A stretch of DNA of 64,000 nucleotides from Acidilobaceae archaeon (GCA_038897215.1 JAWAWX010000001.1:864001-928000); one strand, 5' to 3'; positions 39,226-48,959 are shown, counted from the stretch's first letter. Notes: a model not told the origin generated them from the sequence alone. Made by a program: numbers and translations.

Positions 39226-40440
39226 GTGACCGCGGAGAGTGTCGGAAGGAAAGCTATTGTGAGCGACGTGTTTAGAGAAAACCCGGAGCTTGCTAGCAGA
39301 CTTAGAGACTACGTGGGCAAACTCTTCAGCAAGCTTAGAGAAAAGTGGAGTCCAAGTCTTAGACTCAAGATCATGGATTTCTGTGGCACTCACGAGTGGA
39401 CCATAACTCACTACGGCTTGAGGGCTCTAATGCCCGAGGGGCTAGAACTCGTAGCCGGCCCCGGTTGCCCTGTTTGCGTGACGCCATCTAGAGACGTTGA
39501 GGCAGCCATAAGGCTCTCCTTGGAGGGAGTGACCGTCTACACCTACGGAGACGCTTACAGGCTGAGAGCTCTAAACCCAGTTGATGGAGCGTACTCTCTA
39601 GCCGATGCTAGAGCTCTAGGAGGAGACGTGAGGGTAGTCTCGAGCTTCTACGACGCTGTAGAAGACGCGAGGAGACACGGAAAGCCCTCCGTCTTCTTCG
39701 CTATAGGCTTCGAGACAGTTGCTCCCGGGTACGCGAAGACTCTGCTGAGGGGAGTAGTGCCGGCTAATCTCAAGATACTGAGCTCCGTCAGGCTAACCCC
39801 TCCCGCTATGTTCTACTCTCTCAGCATCCTTAGAGAGAAGCCTCCCGAGCCTCCGGTCATGGGGGTAATCGCTCCCGGGCACGTCTCGACGATAACGGGG
39901 GCTAAGGCTTGGGTGCCTGTAGCTGAAGCCTTCGAGATACCAGTAGTCGTGGCTGGCTTCGAGCCCATCGACGTACTCCTAGCTATCGCATCCATACTGA
40001 GACAGCTCCTCCAGGGGAGAGCAGAAGTAGAGATCGAGTACAAGAGAGCAGTAACCTTCGAGGGGGATCTGAGCGCTCAAGCAGCTATAGCCAAGGTCTT
40101 CGAGACTGTCGATGCGGCATGGAGAGGCATAGGGTTCCTCCCGAGAAGCGGGCTCGAGCTCAGAGAGAGATACTCGGAACACAACGCTAGAGTAGAGTAC
40201 GGGATAAAGCCCGAGAGCCCCGAGGAGTGGAGGAAAGACACACCGCCCGGCTGTAGGTGCGCTGAGGTAGTCTTAGGCAAAGCCAAGCCGACAGACTGCC
40301 CTCTATACATGAGAGCATGCACTCCAGAGAGCCCCTACGGTCCCTGCATGGTCTCAATGGAGGGGACCTGCGCTATCTGGGCTCGCTTCGGGGGCGGCAG
40401 AGTGGCTATAGATATAGCTAGAGAGCTGGGTCTAGAGTAG
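39226..40440 (+). CDS. hypD: [NiFe]-hydrogenase maturation protein HypD
   Basis: CGTH, GPGCPVC, GFET, PGHVS, C-terminal Cys cluster CMVSMEGTC. Confidence 0.97.
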   Translation: MTAESVGRKAIVSDVFRENPELASRLRDYVGKLFSKLREKWSPSLRLKIMDFCGTHEWTITHYGLRALMPEGLELVAGPGCPVCVTPSRDVEAAIRLSLEGVTVYTYGDAYRLRALNPVDGAYSLADARALGGDVRVVSSFYDAVEDARRHGKPSVFFAIGFETVAPGYAKTLLRGVVPANLKILSSVRLTPPAMFYSLSILREKPPEPPVMGVIAPGHVSTITGAKAWVPVAEAFEIPVVVAGFEPIDVLLAIASILRQLLQGRAEVEIEYKRAVTFEGDLSAQAAIAKVFETVDAAWRGIGFLPRSGLELRERYSEHNARVEYGIKPESPEEWRKDTPPGCRCAEVVLGKAKPTDCPLYMRACTPESPYGPCMVSMEGTCAIWARFGGGRVAIDIARELGLE

Positions 40441-40453
40441 CGGGTGCTCTCTC

Positions 40454-40753
40454 ATGTGCTGGGGCACTCCAGCGATACTAGTGAGAGTGCTAGACGATAT
40501 AACGGCCGAGGTCGACTTCGGCGACGGAGTGCCTAGGAGAGCAGTCCTCGGCCTAGACCCCAGCAGGGTCAGCTCTGGGGACGCTGTGATCGTCCACGCT
40601 GGAGTAGTAGTATCTAAGCTCAGCTACGAGGAGATAGAGGACGTGATAAGGTACCTGGAGGAGCTAGCCTCCCTCACTGGAGACGAGCCCCCTAGAGACA
40701 TAATAGAGAAGCTTAGGAGAGTCCTGGAGGCGGCTAGGAGAGCTGGTGAATAG
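40454..40753 (+). CDS. hypC: Hydrogenase maturation chaperone HypC
   Basis: MCWGTPA N-terminal Cys, VIVHAG. Confidence 0.95.
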   Translation: MCWGTPAILVRVLDDITAEVDFGDGVPRRAVLGLDPSRVSSGDAVIVHAGVVVSKLSYEEIEDVIRYLEELASLTGDEPPRDIIEKLRRVLEAARRAGE

Positions 40754-40755
40754 CG

Positions 40756-41808
40756 TTGCCGCGCCTAGATAGGTACGTGAAGCTAGCTCACGGCTCTGGA
40801 GGCGTTGAGATGCACGAGCTAGTCGAGAGCATAGTGTTCTCTAGGATAAAGAGGAAGAAGGTGGAGGGAGGGCTGGGCGTAGACAAGCCCGACGACGGAG
40901 CCTTGATACCGTTGAGTGATGGGGGTTATCTCGTAGTCTCGACTGATAGCTATACAGTCAACCCCCCATTCTTCCCCGGAGGCAACATTGGAGTCTTGGC
41001 TGCCTCAGGCTCTATAAACGACGTGCTGATGATGGGCGGGAGACCTATTGCAGCTCTAGACTCGATCATAGTAGAGGAAGGCTTCTCCTTCGACGACCTC
41101 GAGGTAATAGTCGAGTCAATGATGGAGGTTTTCAATAGCGAAGACGTAGCGGTCATCGGGGGAGACTTTAAGGTGATGCCTCGAGGGTCTCTAGACAAGA
41201 TAGTGATCAACACGACGGTCTTAGGCATAGCTAGGAGACCTATAGTAGACGAGCCTAGAGAAGGCGATAAGATAGTAGTCAGCGGCTATCTGGGAGACCA
41301 CGGAGCCGTCATCATGCTCCTCCAGATGGGCTTAGAGAAGAGAGTTGAGGAGCTCGAGAAGGGGCTCTTGAAGAGCGATGTGAGACCCCTCACTAAGCTA
41401 ATGATACCGCTCGTGGAGAAATACGGGGAATACATACACGCTGCCAGAGACCCGACGAGAGGAGGCCTAGCCGGGGTCCTCAACGAGTGGGCTAGAGCCT
41501 CGGGCTCAGTGATAGTAGTCGAGGAGAGCAGGATCCCCGTGAGAGCTCCTGTCAGAGACTACGCGGAGATGCTGGGAATAGACCCGCTATACCTGGCTAG
41601 CGAGGGAGCGGCCGTGCTCTCAGTAGACGGGAGCGTTGCCGAGGACGTGGTGGAGTTCATGAAGAGACTTGGCTTCGAGGAGTCTCGGGTAATAGGGGAG
41701 GTTAGGAGTAGCGAGAAGTACAGAGGCTATGTTTTGATGAAGACAGTCGTGGGCGGGTACAGGCTTCTAGAGCCTCCTCGAGGAGAGCTAGTCCCGAGAA
41801 TCTGCTGA
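40756..41808 (+). CDS. hypE: Hydrogenase maturation protein HypE
   Basis: LAHGSGG, DPTRGG, C-terminal PRIC. Confidence 0.97.
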   Translation: MPRLDRYVKLAHGSGGVEMHELVESIVFSRIKRKKVEGGLGVDKPDDGALIPLSDGGYLVVSTDSYTVNPPFFPGGNIGVLAASGSINDVLMMGGRPIAALDSIIVEEGFSFDDLEVIVESMMEVFNSEDVAVIGGDFKVMPRGSLDKIVINTTVLGIARRPIVDEPREGDKIVVSGYLGDHGAVIMLLQMGLEKRVEELEKGLLKSDVRPLTKLMIPLVEKYGEYIHAARDPTRGGLAGVLNEWARASGSVIVVEESRIPVRAPVRDYAEMLGIDPLYLASEGAAVLSVDGSVAEDVVEFMKRLGFEESRVIGEVRSSEKYRGYVLMKTVVGGYRLLEPPRGELVPRIC

Positions 41809-41819
41809 GGAGAACCTAG

Positions 41820-42425
41820 ATGCCCAGGAGAGTCTTGGTTGGAGCGATAGCCGTGGAGAGAGAGGGGCTAGCTGGAGTGAGGATAAGAGAGGTCTCGAGC
41901 AGTGCTGAGCTCTGCATAGACGTCTTAGACCCCCAGGGGTGCACCTACAAGCTCTATACTCACACACACGAAAACCACTACCCCAGCAACCCCCCGGGAG
42001 ACGCCTTCTCCCCCGCTGGGCCTAGGAGAGTAGCTCCAGGAGACTCTATGAGCCTCCCCCCCTTCTTCGTCCGCGCTGTCCACGCCTACAACAGAGAAGA
42101 CTTGGAGAGAGCTCCGAGACACAGGAGGGGGGAGGGAGTGGGATACATAGTCTACCACGGAGACTACTCCATCTACCACGTAGGAGACAGCGACCTCATA
42201 CCTGAGATGGCTTCACTCAGGTCTCTGGAGATCGACGTGATGCTGGTCCCTGTAGGAGGAGGCTCTGTTATGGAGCCAGAAGAGGCTCTAGAGGCTGTGA
42301 AGACTGTCAGGCCCTCGGTAGCAGTCCCGATACACTACTGGAACCTCAGAGACGCTGAGAGATTCAAGCTACTCTCACACCCGTACTCTCAGGTAATCCT
42401 GCTGGCATCGAGGAGCTCGCCATGA
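41820..42425 (+). CDS. Metallo-beta-lactamase fold protein (UPF0173-like)
   Basis: THTHENH, YHVGDS, VPVGG, VPIHY. Confidence 0.82.
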   Translation: MPRRVLVGAIAVEREGLAGVRIREVSSSAELCIDVLDPQGCTYKLYTHTHENHYPSNPPGDAFSPAGPRRVAPGDSMSLPPFFVRAVHAYNREDLERAPRHRRGEGVGYIVYHGDYSIYHVGDSDLIPEMASLRSLEIDVMLVPVGGGSVMEPEEALEAVKTVRPSVAVPIHYWNLRDAERFKLLSHPYSQVILLASRSSP

Positions 42426-44239
42426 GTTTAGTCACACCCCCCAGCATGAGGTACAACGCTGTAGAGCCTAGGGAGTACATGAGGATACACGCTGAGACAG
42501 TGAGTGACCTCGAGTCATTCTGGGCTCGCCAGGCGTCACAACTCCTCCGCTGGGAGAAGTCGTGGAGTAGGGTGCTCGCGGGAGAGAGCGCTCCCCGCAT
42601 CCGCTGGTTCGAGAACGGGCTCCTCAGCCCCTACTTCAACATAGTTGGGAGGCACCTATCGACCTCTATAGAGAGCAAGCCCGCTCTGATAGTAGAGGAT
42701 GAGGATGGATCGGCTAGGATAGCGAGCTATAGAGAGCTCGACGCGATATCGGGCATCCTGGCTAGAGCTCTCCGAGACCTAGGAGTGGGGAAGGAGAGCT
42801 GGGTTCTCTTCTACGCTCCGTACTCCGTGGAGGTTCTCGCCGCATTCCTGGCTTCTCTGAGGCTAGGGGCTTCCGCTGAGTTCGTCTTCACAGGGTTCGG
42901 GTGGCGTGAGCTGAAGAAAAGGATACTCAACAGGAGACCCAGAGTAGTCGTCGCACTCGATGCTATCACGAGACGCGGGAAGAAGATAAGCCTCATAGAG
43001 GCTCTAGAGAGGTCTCTCGCAGGCACTGAGCCCAAGCCGGAGGTAGTCGTGGTAGAGTCTTCGAGAAGCTCGGTCAAGTGGAGGAGCTTCGATGAGTTCC
43101 TCAAAGGCTCCTCAAGGCTGGAGAGAGACGCTGTAGTCGAGTCCTCTCACCCACTAGTAGGCTTCCACGTCGGGTACGAGGAGGACTTCGAGCCTCTAGC
43201 TCACGGAGCCGGGGGCTACTTGACTCAAGTAGTCTCAGTCACGCGATGGCTAGGCTTGAGAGCTAGAGACACTCTCTACTGCACTGTGAGCCCTGGCTGG
43301 ATAACCGCTGTATCGCACTGCATCGTGGGAGCTCTAGCAATAGGCTCTACTATAGTAGCCTACACGGGGGCTCCCGACTATCCGAGCTGGGAGAGATGGC
43401 TGGAGATCCTGGACTACTACTCTGTGACAGTCTTCTTGACTACGAGTTCTGCTCTAAGACTCCTCTTGAGGAGAGCCGGTGACAGAGTTGGAGACTACGA
43501 GCTGGACTCTCTGAAGATAGTTGTGACCACAGGAGAGCCCATGGAGGAGAGCTTGTGGAGCCAGGCTTACGCTAAGTTAGGCTCGAGCTCCTCCCCGCTC
43601 ATAGACTCGATACCAGGCAAGTCTGGCAGAATACCCGTATTCAACGCATACATCCAGACAGAGCTAGGAAGCTTTGCTACAGGCCATCTGACTAGCTCGG
43701 CATTCGGTCCAATAGCCCCAGGCTCCGCAGGACTCCCCGTGCTCGGTCTAGCTGTAGACGTAGCCGGGGAGGACTGCTCTCCTGTGAGGAACGCTTGGGG
43801 GAGGCTGGTCTTGAGGAAGCCCTGGCCCTCTATCCCCGTAGAGTACCCGAGAGAGTTCGAGGAGAGCTGGAGTGGTGGCTGCTACGATACGAGAGACTCT
43901 GCCCTCATGACTAGCGAGGGCTACATCTACGTGAGAGGCAGGAGAGACCAGGTCATTAAAGCAAGCGGCTACAGGCTGAGCCCTGGGGCTATAGAGAAGG
44001 CTATAGAGGAGTCTGGAGCGGCCGGGAAAGCCGTGGCTTCAGGCGTCCCAGACGAGGAGAGATTCGAGGCTGTGCTCGTAGCAGTCGAGAACGGAGACCC
44101 TCAAGCAGTGAGGAAGACTGTGAGAGAACTCGTGGGGCCTATAGCCGAGCCCTCCATAGTCTTGCATTTAGAGCTCTCGGGTGACAAGAGATCGCTGAGG
44201 AGAGCTCTCCGAGAGAGGAGTGCTCGAGGATACTCGTAG
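42422..44239 (+). CDS. AMP-forming acetyl-CoA synthetase-like protein with degenerate P-loop
   Basis: FW..A..L.W, RWFENG, PGWIT, GAPDYP, GEP, QTELG, GRRD retained; YTSG(T/S)TG.PKG replaced by FHVGYEEDFEP. Confidence 0.85.
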   Translation: MSLVTPPSMRYNAVEPREYMRIHAETVSDLESFWARQASQLLRWEKSWSRVLAGESAPRIRWFENGLLSPYFNIVGRHLSTSIESKPALIVEDEDGSARIASYRELDAISGILARALRDLGVGKESWVLFYAPYSVEVLAAFLASLRLGASAEFVFTGFGWRELKKRILNRRPRVVVALDAITRRGKKISLIEALERSLAGTEPKPEVVVVESSRSSVKWRSFDEFLKGSSRLERDAVVESSHPLVGFHVGYEEDFEPLAHGAGGYLTQVVSVTRWLGLRARDTLYCTVSPGWITAVSHCIVGALAIGSTIVAYTGAPDYPSWERWLEILDYYSVTVFLTTSSALRLLLRRAGDRVGDYELDSLKIVVTTGEPMEESLWSQAYAKLGSSSSPLIDSIPGKSGRIPVFNAYIQTELGSFATGHLTSSAFGPIAPGSAGLPVLGLAVDVAGEDCSPVRNAWGRLVLRKPWPSIPVEYPREFEESWSGGCYDTRDSALMTSEGYIYVRGRRDQVIKASGYRLSPGAIEKAIEESGAAGKAVASGVPDEERFEAVLVAVENGDPQAVRKTVRELVGPIAEPSIVLHLELSGDKRSLRRALRERSARGYS

Positions 44240-44760
44240 TAGGCGTGGGGAACAGACTCTATGGAGACGACGGAGTGGGTAGTTGCCTAGTCGAAGCCAT
44301 ATCTAGGTGCCAGAGCCCGATAGAGACCAGGGTCTACGAGACTCTCGGCCTCTGGGAGCTCGATATATTCGAGTCTAGGAGACTCGTGGTCTTCGTGGAC
44401 GCTATCGGGCAACACGCTGAAGGCCTCAGAGTATTCAAGGTGGAGCCTGAACGCCTCTCTACCGAAGACCTTCTCGAACTCTCCAGGTCTCTAGACCCTC
44501 ACGACGTGGCTCCCTCAACGCTAGCAGTCCTAGCTCTAGCTAGTGGTACTCTGAGCGGAGAGTGCTACATAGTAGGGATACCCGCTGAGAGCCTAGAGCC
44601 GGGTCTCGGGCTCTCGGAGAGAGCTCTAAGAGGAGCTCTAGAGGCTCTAGAGGCTATTGAGCGCTTGCTAGGTAAGCATGAGTGCTACATCAGACTCGAT
44701 AGAGTGTGCGTTGAGAGAGAGATAGCGAAGAGCTGCGGGCTTCGAAGCATGGTAGTATAA
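44230..44760 (+). CDS. Hydrogenase maturation endopeptidase (HycI/HyaD family)
   Basis: ILVVGVGNRLYGDDGVG, FVDA, DPH; the conserved first strand needs a start upstream of 44245 (ATA 44230 after GAGGAG). Confidence 0.87.
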   Translation: MLVVGVGNRLYGDDGVGSCLVEAISRCQSPIETRVYETLGLWELDIFESRRLVVFVDAIGQHAEGLRVFKVEPERLSTEDLLELSRSLDPHDVAPSTLAVLALASGTLSGECYIVGIPAESLEPGLGLSERALRGALEALEAIERLLGKHECYIRLDRVCVEREIAKSCGLRSMVV

Positions 44761-44788
44761 TTAGCCTGGAGGAAGAGAGCTAGAGCGG

Positions 44789-45544
44789 TTGTGGTGCTCT
44801 GGATTGAGTCTGATTAGAGCTGTGTGTGGTCAAGACGAGCACTGCTTCATAGAGCTCTGGGGCTTCATGGAGTCTCTAGCCGAGCTGGATAGGAAGCTCG
44901 GAGAGGTCAGAGTAGAGGGCTCTCTAGGAGCCGCTGCCCCCGTGATCATCGGGGTCCCCGAGGAGACCATCTCAGAGATGAGCGATAAGCTCTACAGAGC
45001 TCTCAGAGAGCTCGGCTACGATATAGAGAAGGAGAGCGTCGACAGGGGGGCTAGAGGAGCGTACGAGCCCGAAGACCAGGCGTCTTCATTCGCCTCATTC
45101 GCATTCAAGAGGCTACTCTACAAGACTGCTAGAGGAGCAGAGCACCAAGCGCTATCACAGCCCTGGAGTGAGACCTACTGCCCTGTCTGCGGGCTTCTGC
45201 CCGTAGCTGTGGTCGATGAGCGTGATGAAAGCGGCTTTCCTCAAGCTAGGTACAAGTGCCTCTGTGGAAACTCGTGGAGACAGAGTGAGTTCATGTGCCC
45301 TAGCTGTAAAGCCAGAGGAGGAGAGAACTTTGAGGTACACCATGTCGGCAGGCTCCCCATGTATCTATGCAAGAACTGCGGTCACATGATGCTAGTAGCT
45401 AGCTCGGAGCACATTAGTGGAGCAGAAGATGAGGAGATACTCCCGATAATAGCGGCGATAGCTGCAAACACCATACTCCAAGAGCTCTCGCAAGAATCAG
45501 GAGAAGAGGGGGGAGATGAGAGAGAAGACGTGAGGATAGAGTGA
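44789..45544 (+). CDS. fdhE: FdhE-like formate dehydrogenase accessory protein
   Basis: W...YCPVCG, CLCG..W, CPSC, CKNC. Confidence 0.78.
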   Translation: MWCSGLSLIRAVCGQDEHCFIELWGFMESLAELDRKLGEVRVEGSLGAAAPVIIGVPEETISEMSDKLYRALRELGYDIEKESVDRGARGAYEPEDQASSFASFAFKRLLYKTARGAEHQALSQPWSETYCPVCGLLPVAVVDERDESGFPQARYKCLCGNSWRQSEFMCPSCKARGGENFEVHHVGRLPMYLCKNCGHMMLVASSEHISGAEDEEILPIIAAIAANTILQELSQESGEEGGDEREDVRIE

Positions 45545-45720
45545 ACCACTCTACTCGCCAACACTGCTCCAGTTGCCTCTCGATAGGTTGCTACTTGCTA
45601 GTATCTGCTATCCGGTAACCTCTCACAGCTCTCCTCTAGCTACGTGGAGGAAGGCTTGATAAGTCATACTCACGCATCATCGACAAGTAGCTCTGTCGCT
45701 GATCTCGAGTAGGCTCTACT

Positions 45721-46761
45721 CTAGTACGCCATGGCTTCTACCGCGTAAGCTTCTCTAGCCAGCCTCGTGGGAGGCTTAGAGCTCACTTCTCTCGCTAGCT
45801 TCCAGGCAATGTACATCGTTAGAATTCTGGGCAGTAGTCTCGATATAATGTGGACTATTAGCGGTATCTTGATCCTAGCTCCGGCTGCTCGAGGGTGCCC
45901 ACCACCGCCCAGTCTTCTCGAGAGCTCCTGCACGTCGACTGTTCTACTGCGTAGAGAGATGCCCCCATTTGGTCTAGCTATGCAGGCTATGTCCGCAGAG
46001 TATCTAGCCATCATTATAGCTGCTAGAATACCGTTAGCTGGAGGCCCCTCGTCTTTGAGAGCTACAGCTATGCGTACTCCTCTAGCCTCCATCACGGAGA
46101 CTGTTGAGAGAGCCTTGCTCACATTCTCGAGCTCCATAGAGACGTACTCCTCTACTCGAGAAGCGAGCTCCTCATCCCAGAGCACTCCGCTAGCTAGCTT
46201 CTCGACTACTCTAGCTTTCCACTTGTAGCTAGCTTCTCTTGCTCCTACAGCTCTGAACAGCTTGGGCGAGTAGGGGTTATCCCATCTCCAGAGGTCCGCT
46301 GAGCAGACAGCGTCTACGAGCCTAGCGGTATACTCGTCCGGCTCTCCCCCCCAGAGTATTGGAGCATACCTGGCTACTACTCCCGTAGCACACGTCGTTT
46401 TATCGATAAAGATGCTGACTCCACGTCTTCTGAGCTCCTCAGCCTCCCCGCTGTCCCACACGTGGTGGTCGTACCACTCTACTCGAGCCCCCTTGCTCGA
46501 TATGAGGGATACTGCTCTCAGGAGCTCTCTCCAGCTCTCCGGGTTTACTCCTAGGTCGCTTATCGCTACGCAATCTCCTCGCTCCACGTGCTCTGCTAGG
46601 CTAGAGAGAGCTTCGTGGAGGTCGTATGGCTCAGCGAAGACTAGCGTAGCGTCATAGCCTAGCCTTCTGCCAGCTATCCTCAAGAGCACTGCTGCTGCGC
46701 CAACGCCGTCTAGGTCTGTGTGAGTCACTATGTATAGGTGATTGCAACTACTCGAGTCCAC
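45721..46761 (-). CDS. DHH/DHHA1 family phosphoesterase (second paralogue)
   Basis: THTDLDG, SDLG, YDHH, SLRS, GGGHPRAAG; start probably GTG 46761. Confidence 0.9.
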   Translation of the reverse strand: MDSSSCNHLYIVTHTDLDGVGAAAVLLRIAGRRLGYDATLVFAEPYDLHEALSSLAEHVERGDCVAISDLGVNPESWRELLRAVSLISSKGARVEWYDHHVWDSGEAEELRRRGVSIFIDKTTCATGVVARYAPILWGGEPDEYTARLVDAVCSADLWRWDNPYSPKLFRAVGAREASYKWKARVVEKLASGVLWDEELASRVEEYVSMELENVSKALSTVSVMEARGVRIAVALKDEGPPANGILAAIMMARYSADIACIARPNGGISLRSRTVDVQELSRRLGGGGHPRAAGARIKIPLIVHIISRLLPRILTMYIAWKLAREVSSKPPTRLAREAYAVEAMAY

Positions 46762-47287
46762 TGCCGCCACCCAGCTCCGAGAACTGCTTCCTGAGGATAG
46801 CCCAAGTGTCTGAGAGTAGCTGGGGGAGCACCTTGGTTCTGCCAACTACGAGCATGAAGTTAGAGTCTCCGATCCACCTAGGCACTACGTGGATATGGAC
46901 GTGGCCTGGGACGCCTGCTCCCGCTGCCTCCCCTATGTTGGCTCCCACGTTGAAGCCGTGAGGCTCGAATGCTCTCCTCAGAGCCCTGAGGCTCAGCCCT
47001 AGTAGCTCGAAGACCTCTAGAGCCTCTTCTCTCGTGAGCTCCTCGAATGAAGGCACGTGACGGTAGGGGGCTATCATTAAGTGCCCGGTGTTGTACGGGT
47101 ACTTGTTGAGGATAACGTAGGCGAGCCTACCTCTATAGACTATCAGAGAGTCCTCGTCTCTCAACTGTGGAGCAGTGCAGAAGAGGCATTCTCCAGCTCC
47201 GCCTCTACCAGCTGCCTTAGCTGCATCCTGAACGTAGGCTAGCCTCCAGGGAGCCCAGAGTATGTCGAACATTGGCTTATCGCTCAC
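46748..47287 (-). CDS. HIT family hydrolase (Ap4A phosphorylase-like)
   Basis: LWAPWR, CLFC, NKYPYNTGH, HVHIHVVPRW. Confidence 0.93.
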   Translation of the reverse strand: MSDKPMFDILWAPWRLAYVQDAAKAAGRGGAGECLFCTAPQLRDEDSLIVYRGRLAYVILNKYPYNTGHLMIAPYRHVPSFEELTREEALEVFELLGLSLRALRRAFEPHGFNVGANIGEAAGAGVPGHVHIHVVPRWIGDSNFMLVVGRTKVLPQLLSDTWAILRKQFSELGGGSGLE

Positions 47288-47364
47288 CAGCTAGCACCCC
47301 TCAAGTAGCCTTCTTCTCTTCGAGTTCAAGCAGTGGAGGCGAGCAGATAAACGTTAGGGTAGAC

Positions 47365-47426
47365 TGCTGGTCAGCCAGGTCCCCAGTCCTCACTACTCGG
47401 TCTTCGGCAAACACTTCATCCCAGCA
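47365..47426 (-). ncRNA. Box C/D sRNA
   Basis: Stem TGCTGG/CCAGCA; C GGATGA, guide, D' CCGA, C' GTGAGGA, 12-nt guide CTGGGGACCTGG, D CTGA. Confidence 0.75.
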
Positions 47427-47585
47427 TAGAGTATGTAGGAGAGAGGAGCCTAATTAGCGTGCTCGACGCGAAGACCGCTCATCACCGCACTCCATCTAGC
47501 TACTCTAGTCTTCGCTGAGGAGGAGTAGTCGAGACTGGCTCTCGGAGGGCCTCTCTGTAGCCAGCGCTCCTCCTCGCGTGACTCG

Positions 47586-48509
47586 TCATTGAGTAGTGTG
47601 GGATAGCTCTTGTAGCAGGTAGTCTACGAACTCTCGCGGGTTGAAGGGCTTTAGGTCCTCGTATTTCTGCCCCACCCCCAGGTATAGGATAGGCTTTCCT
47701 ATAGCGGCCGCGACCGAGATCACGACTCCGCCTTTAGCATCTGCATCAGCTTTAGCTATTATCACTCCATCTACTCCAACTCCCTCGTTGAAGACTCTAG
47801 CTTGCTCTACAGCATCGTTTCCGGCTAGAGAGTCTACCACTAGGATCCTCATGTTCGGCTTCGCTACTCTAACTATCTTCCTCAACTCATCCATCAGGTC
47901 ATCGTCCACGTGGATCCTCCCAGCTGTATCGGCTAAGACTACGCAATGCCCTCGAGACTTGGCGAAGCCGATAGCGTCTACTATGACGCTAGCCGGGTCT
48001 GAGCCGTACCGCCCTCTAACCACAGGGACTCCTATTCTCTCAGCGTGAGCCGCTAGCTGCTCTTGAGCTCCCGCTCTGAAGGTGTCGGCTGCAGCAACGA
48101 CGGGCTTGAGCCCCCTGTTCTTCATCATGTAGGCTACCTTAGCTATACTGGTAGTCTTCCCGACACCGTTGACCCCAAAGAAGACTATCGTGTAGAGAGA
48201 CCGTGTTGCGCACGCTCTCGCGCACTCCTCTAGGAGCGGTGGGGGCTCTATCGAGACTAGCTTCTCGAGTTCTCCTCTAAGAGCCTCTAGGACTGCTGAA
48301 CGGGGGTCCTCTAGTCTGCCTATCCTGGCTTCTCTCAGCTTCTCTGAGACTCTCTCAGCTATCTTCTCCGAGACCTCTAGAGCCACGTCTGCGTCTACGA
48401 GCTTGAGTATCAGCTCTTGACTAAGCTTCTCGATCTCCTCGTCGGAGAGGTGTCTGTACTTTACTCTATCGACTAGCTCTGAGAAGACTCGCCGGATTCT
48501 CTCAAACAC
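47586..48509 (-). CDS. ftsY: Signal recognition particle receptor FtsY
   Basis: GVNGVGKTT, DTFRAGAQEQL, DTAGR, GVGQKYEDL. Confidence 0.96.
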   Translation of the reverse strand: MFERIRRVFSELVDRVKYRHLSDEEIEKLSQELILKLVDADVALEVSEKIAERVSEKLREARIGRLEDPRSAVLEALRGELEKLVSIEPPPLLEECARACATRSLYTIVFFGVNGVGKTTSIAKVAYMMKNRGLKPVVAAADTFRAGAQEQLAAHAERIGVPVVRGRYGSDPASVIVDAIGFAKSRGHCVVLADTAGRIHVDDDLMDELRKIVRVAKPNMRILVVDSLAGNDAVEQARVFNEGVGVDGVIIAKADADAKGGVVISVAAAIGKPILYLGVGQKYEDLKPFNPREFVDYLLQELSHTTQ

Positions 48510-48959
48510 CTACCTCTTCCTCTCCGCTTGAGCAACGAGTTGCTGGAGGAGCAGATAGTATCTATCGTGGAGCGATGCTAGCTGAGAGATCGTCTTAGCG
48601 GTCTCGTCTACAGCTCTCTCTAGTCTAGCTCTCCTCTCCTCTAGGATCTTTACCGCCTGGTCTGTGGGGAGCTTAGCGTAGATATTGAATCCTAGAGAGA
48701 CTAGAGCCCTCCCTCTCTCTAGAGGAGCCACAGCTACCGCTACGTTGTACGCTGGGTCTAGGAAGACTATCGCCGAGTCTTCGGACTCGTTTATGCTCTT
48801 GAGTCCAGCTATCGCTCTCTCAACGCTCTCCTTAGCTTCAAGCAATCTCCTCAGGTAGTCTTTAAGAGCGTCTATCTCTTCTCTCACTAGCTGGATGTTT
48901 AGAGCTAGAGTCTCCAAGTCCACCTCGGGTCGCTTCGAGCTAGAAGTAGTAGACAACAC
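48510..48959 (-). CDS. pfdA: Prefoldin alpha subunit
   Basis: Coiled-coil / beta-hairpin / coiled-coil layout, VSLG.NIY; conserved position before ftsY. Confidence 0.85.
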   Translation of the reverse strand: MLSTTSSSKRPEVDLETLALNIQLVREEIDALKDYLRRLLEAKESVERAIAGLKSINESEDSAIVFLDPAYNVAVAVAPLERGRALVSLGFNIYAKLPTDQAVKILEERRARLERAVDETAKTISQLASLHDRYYLLLQQLVAQAERKR

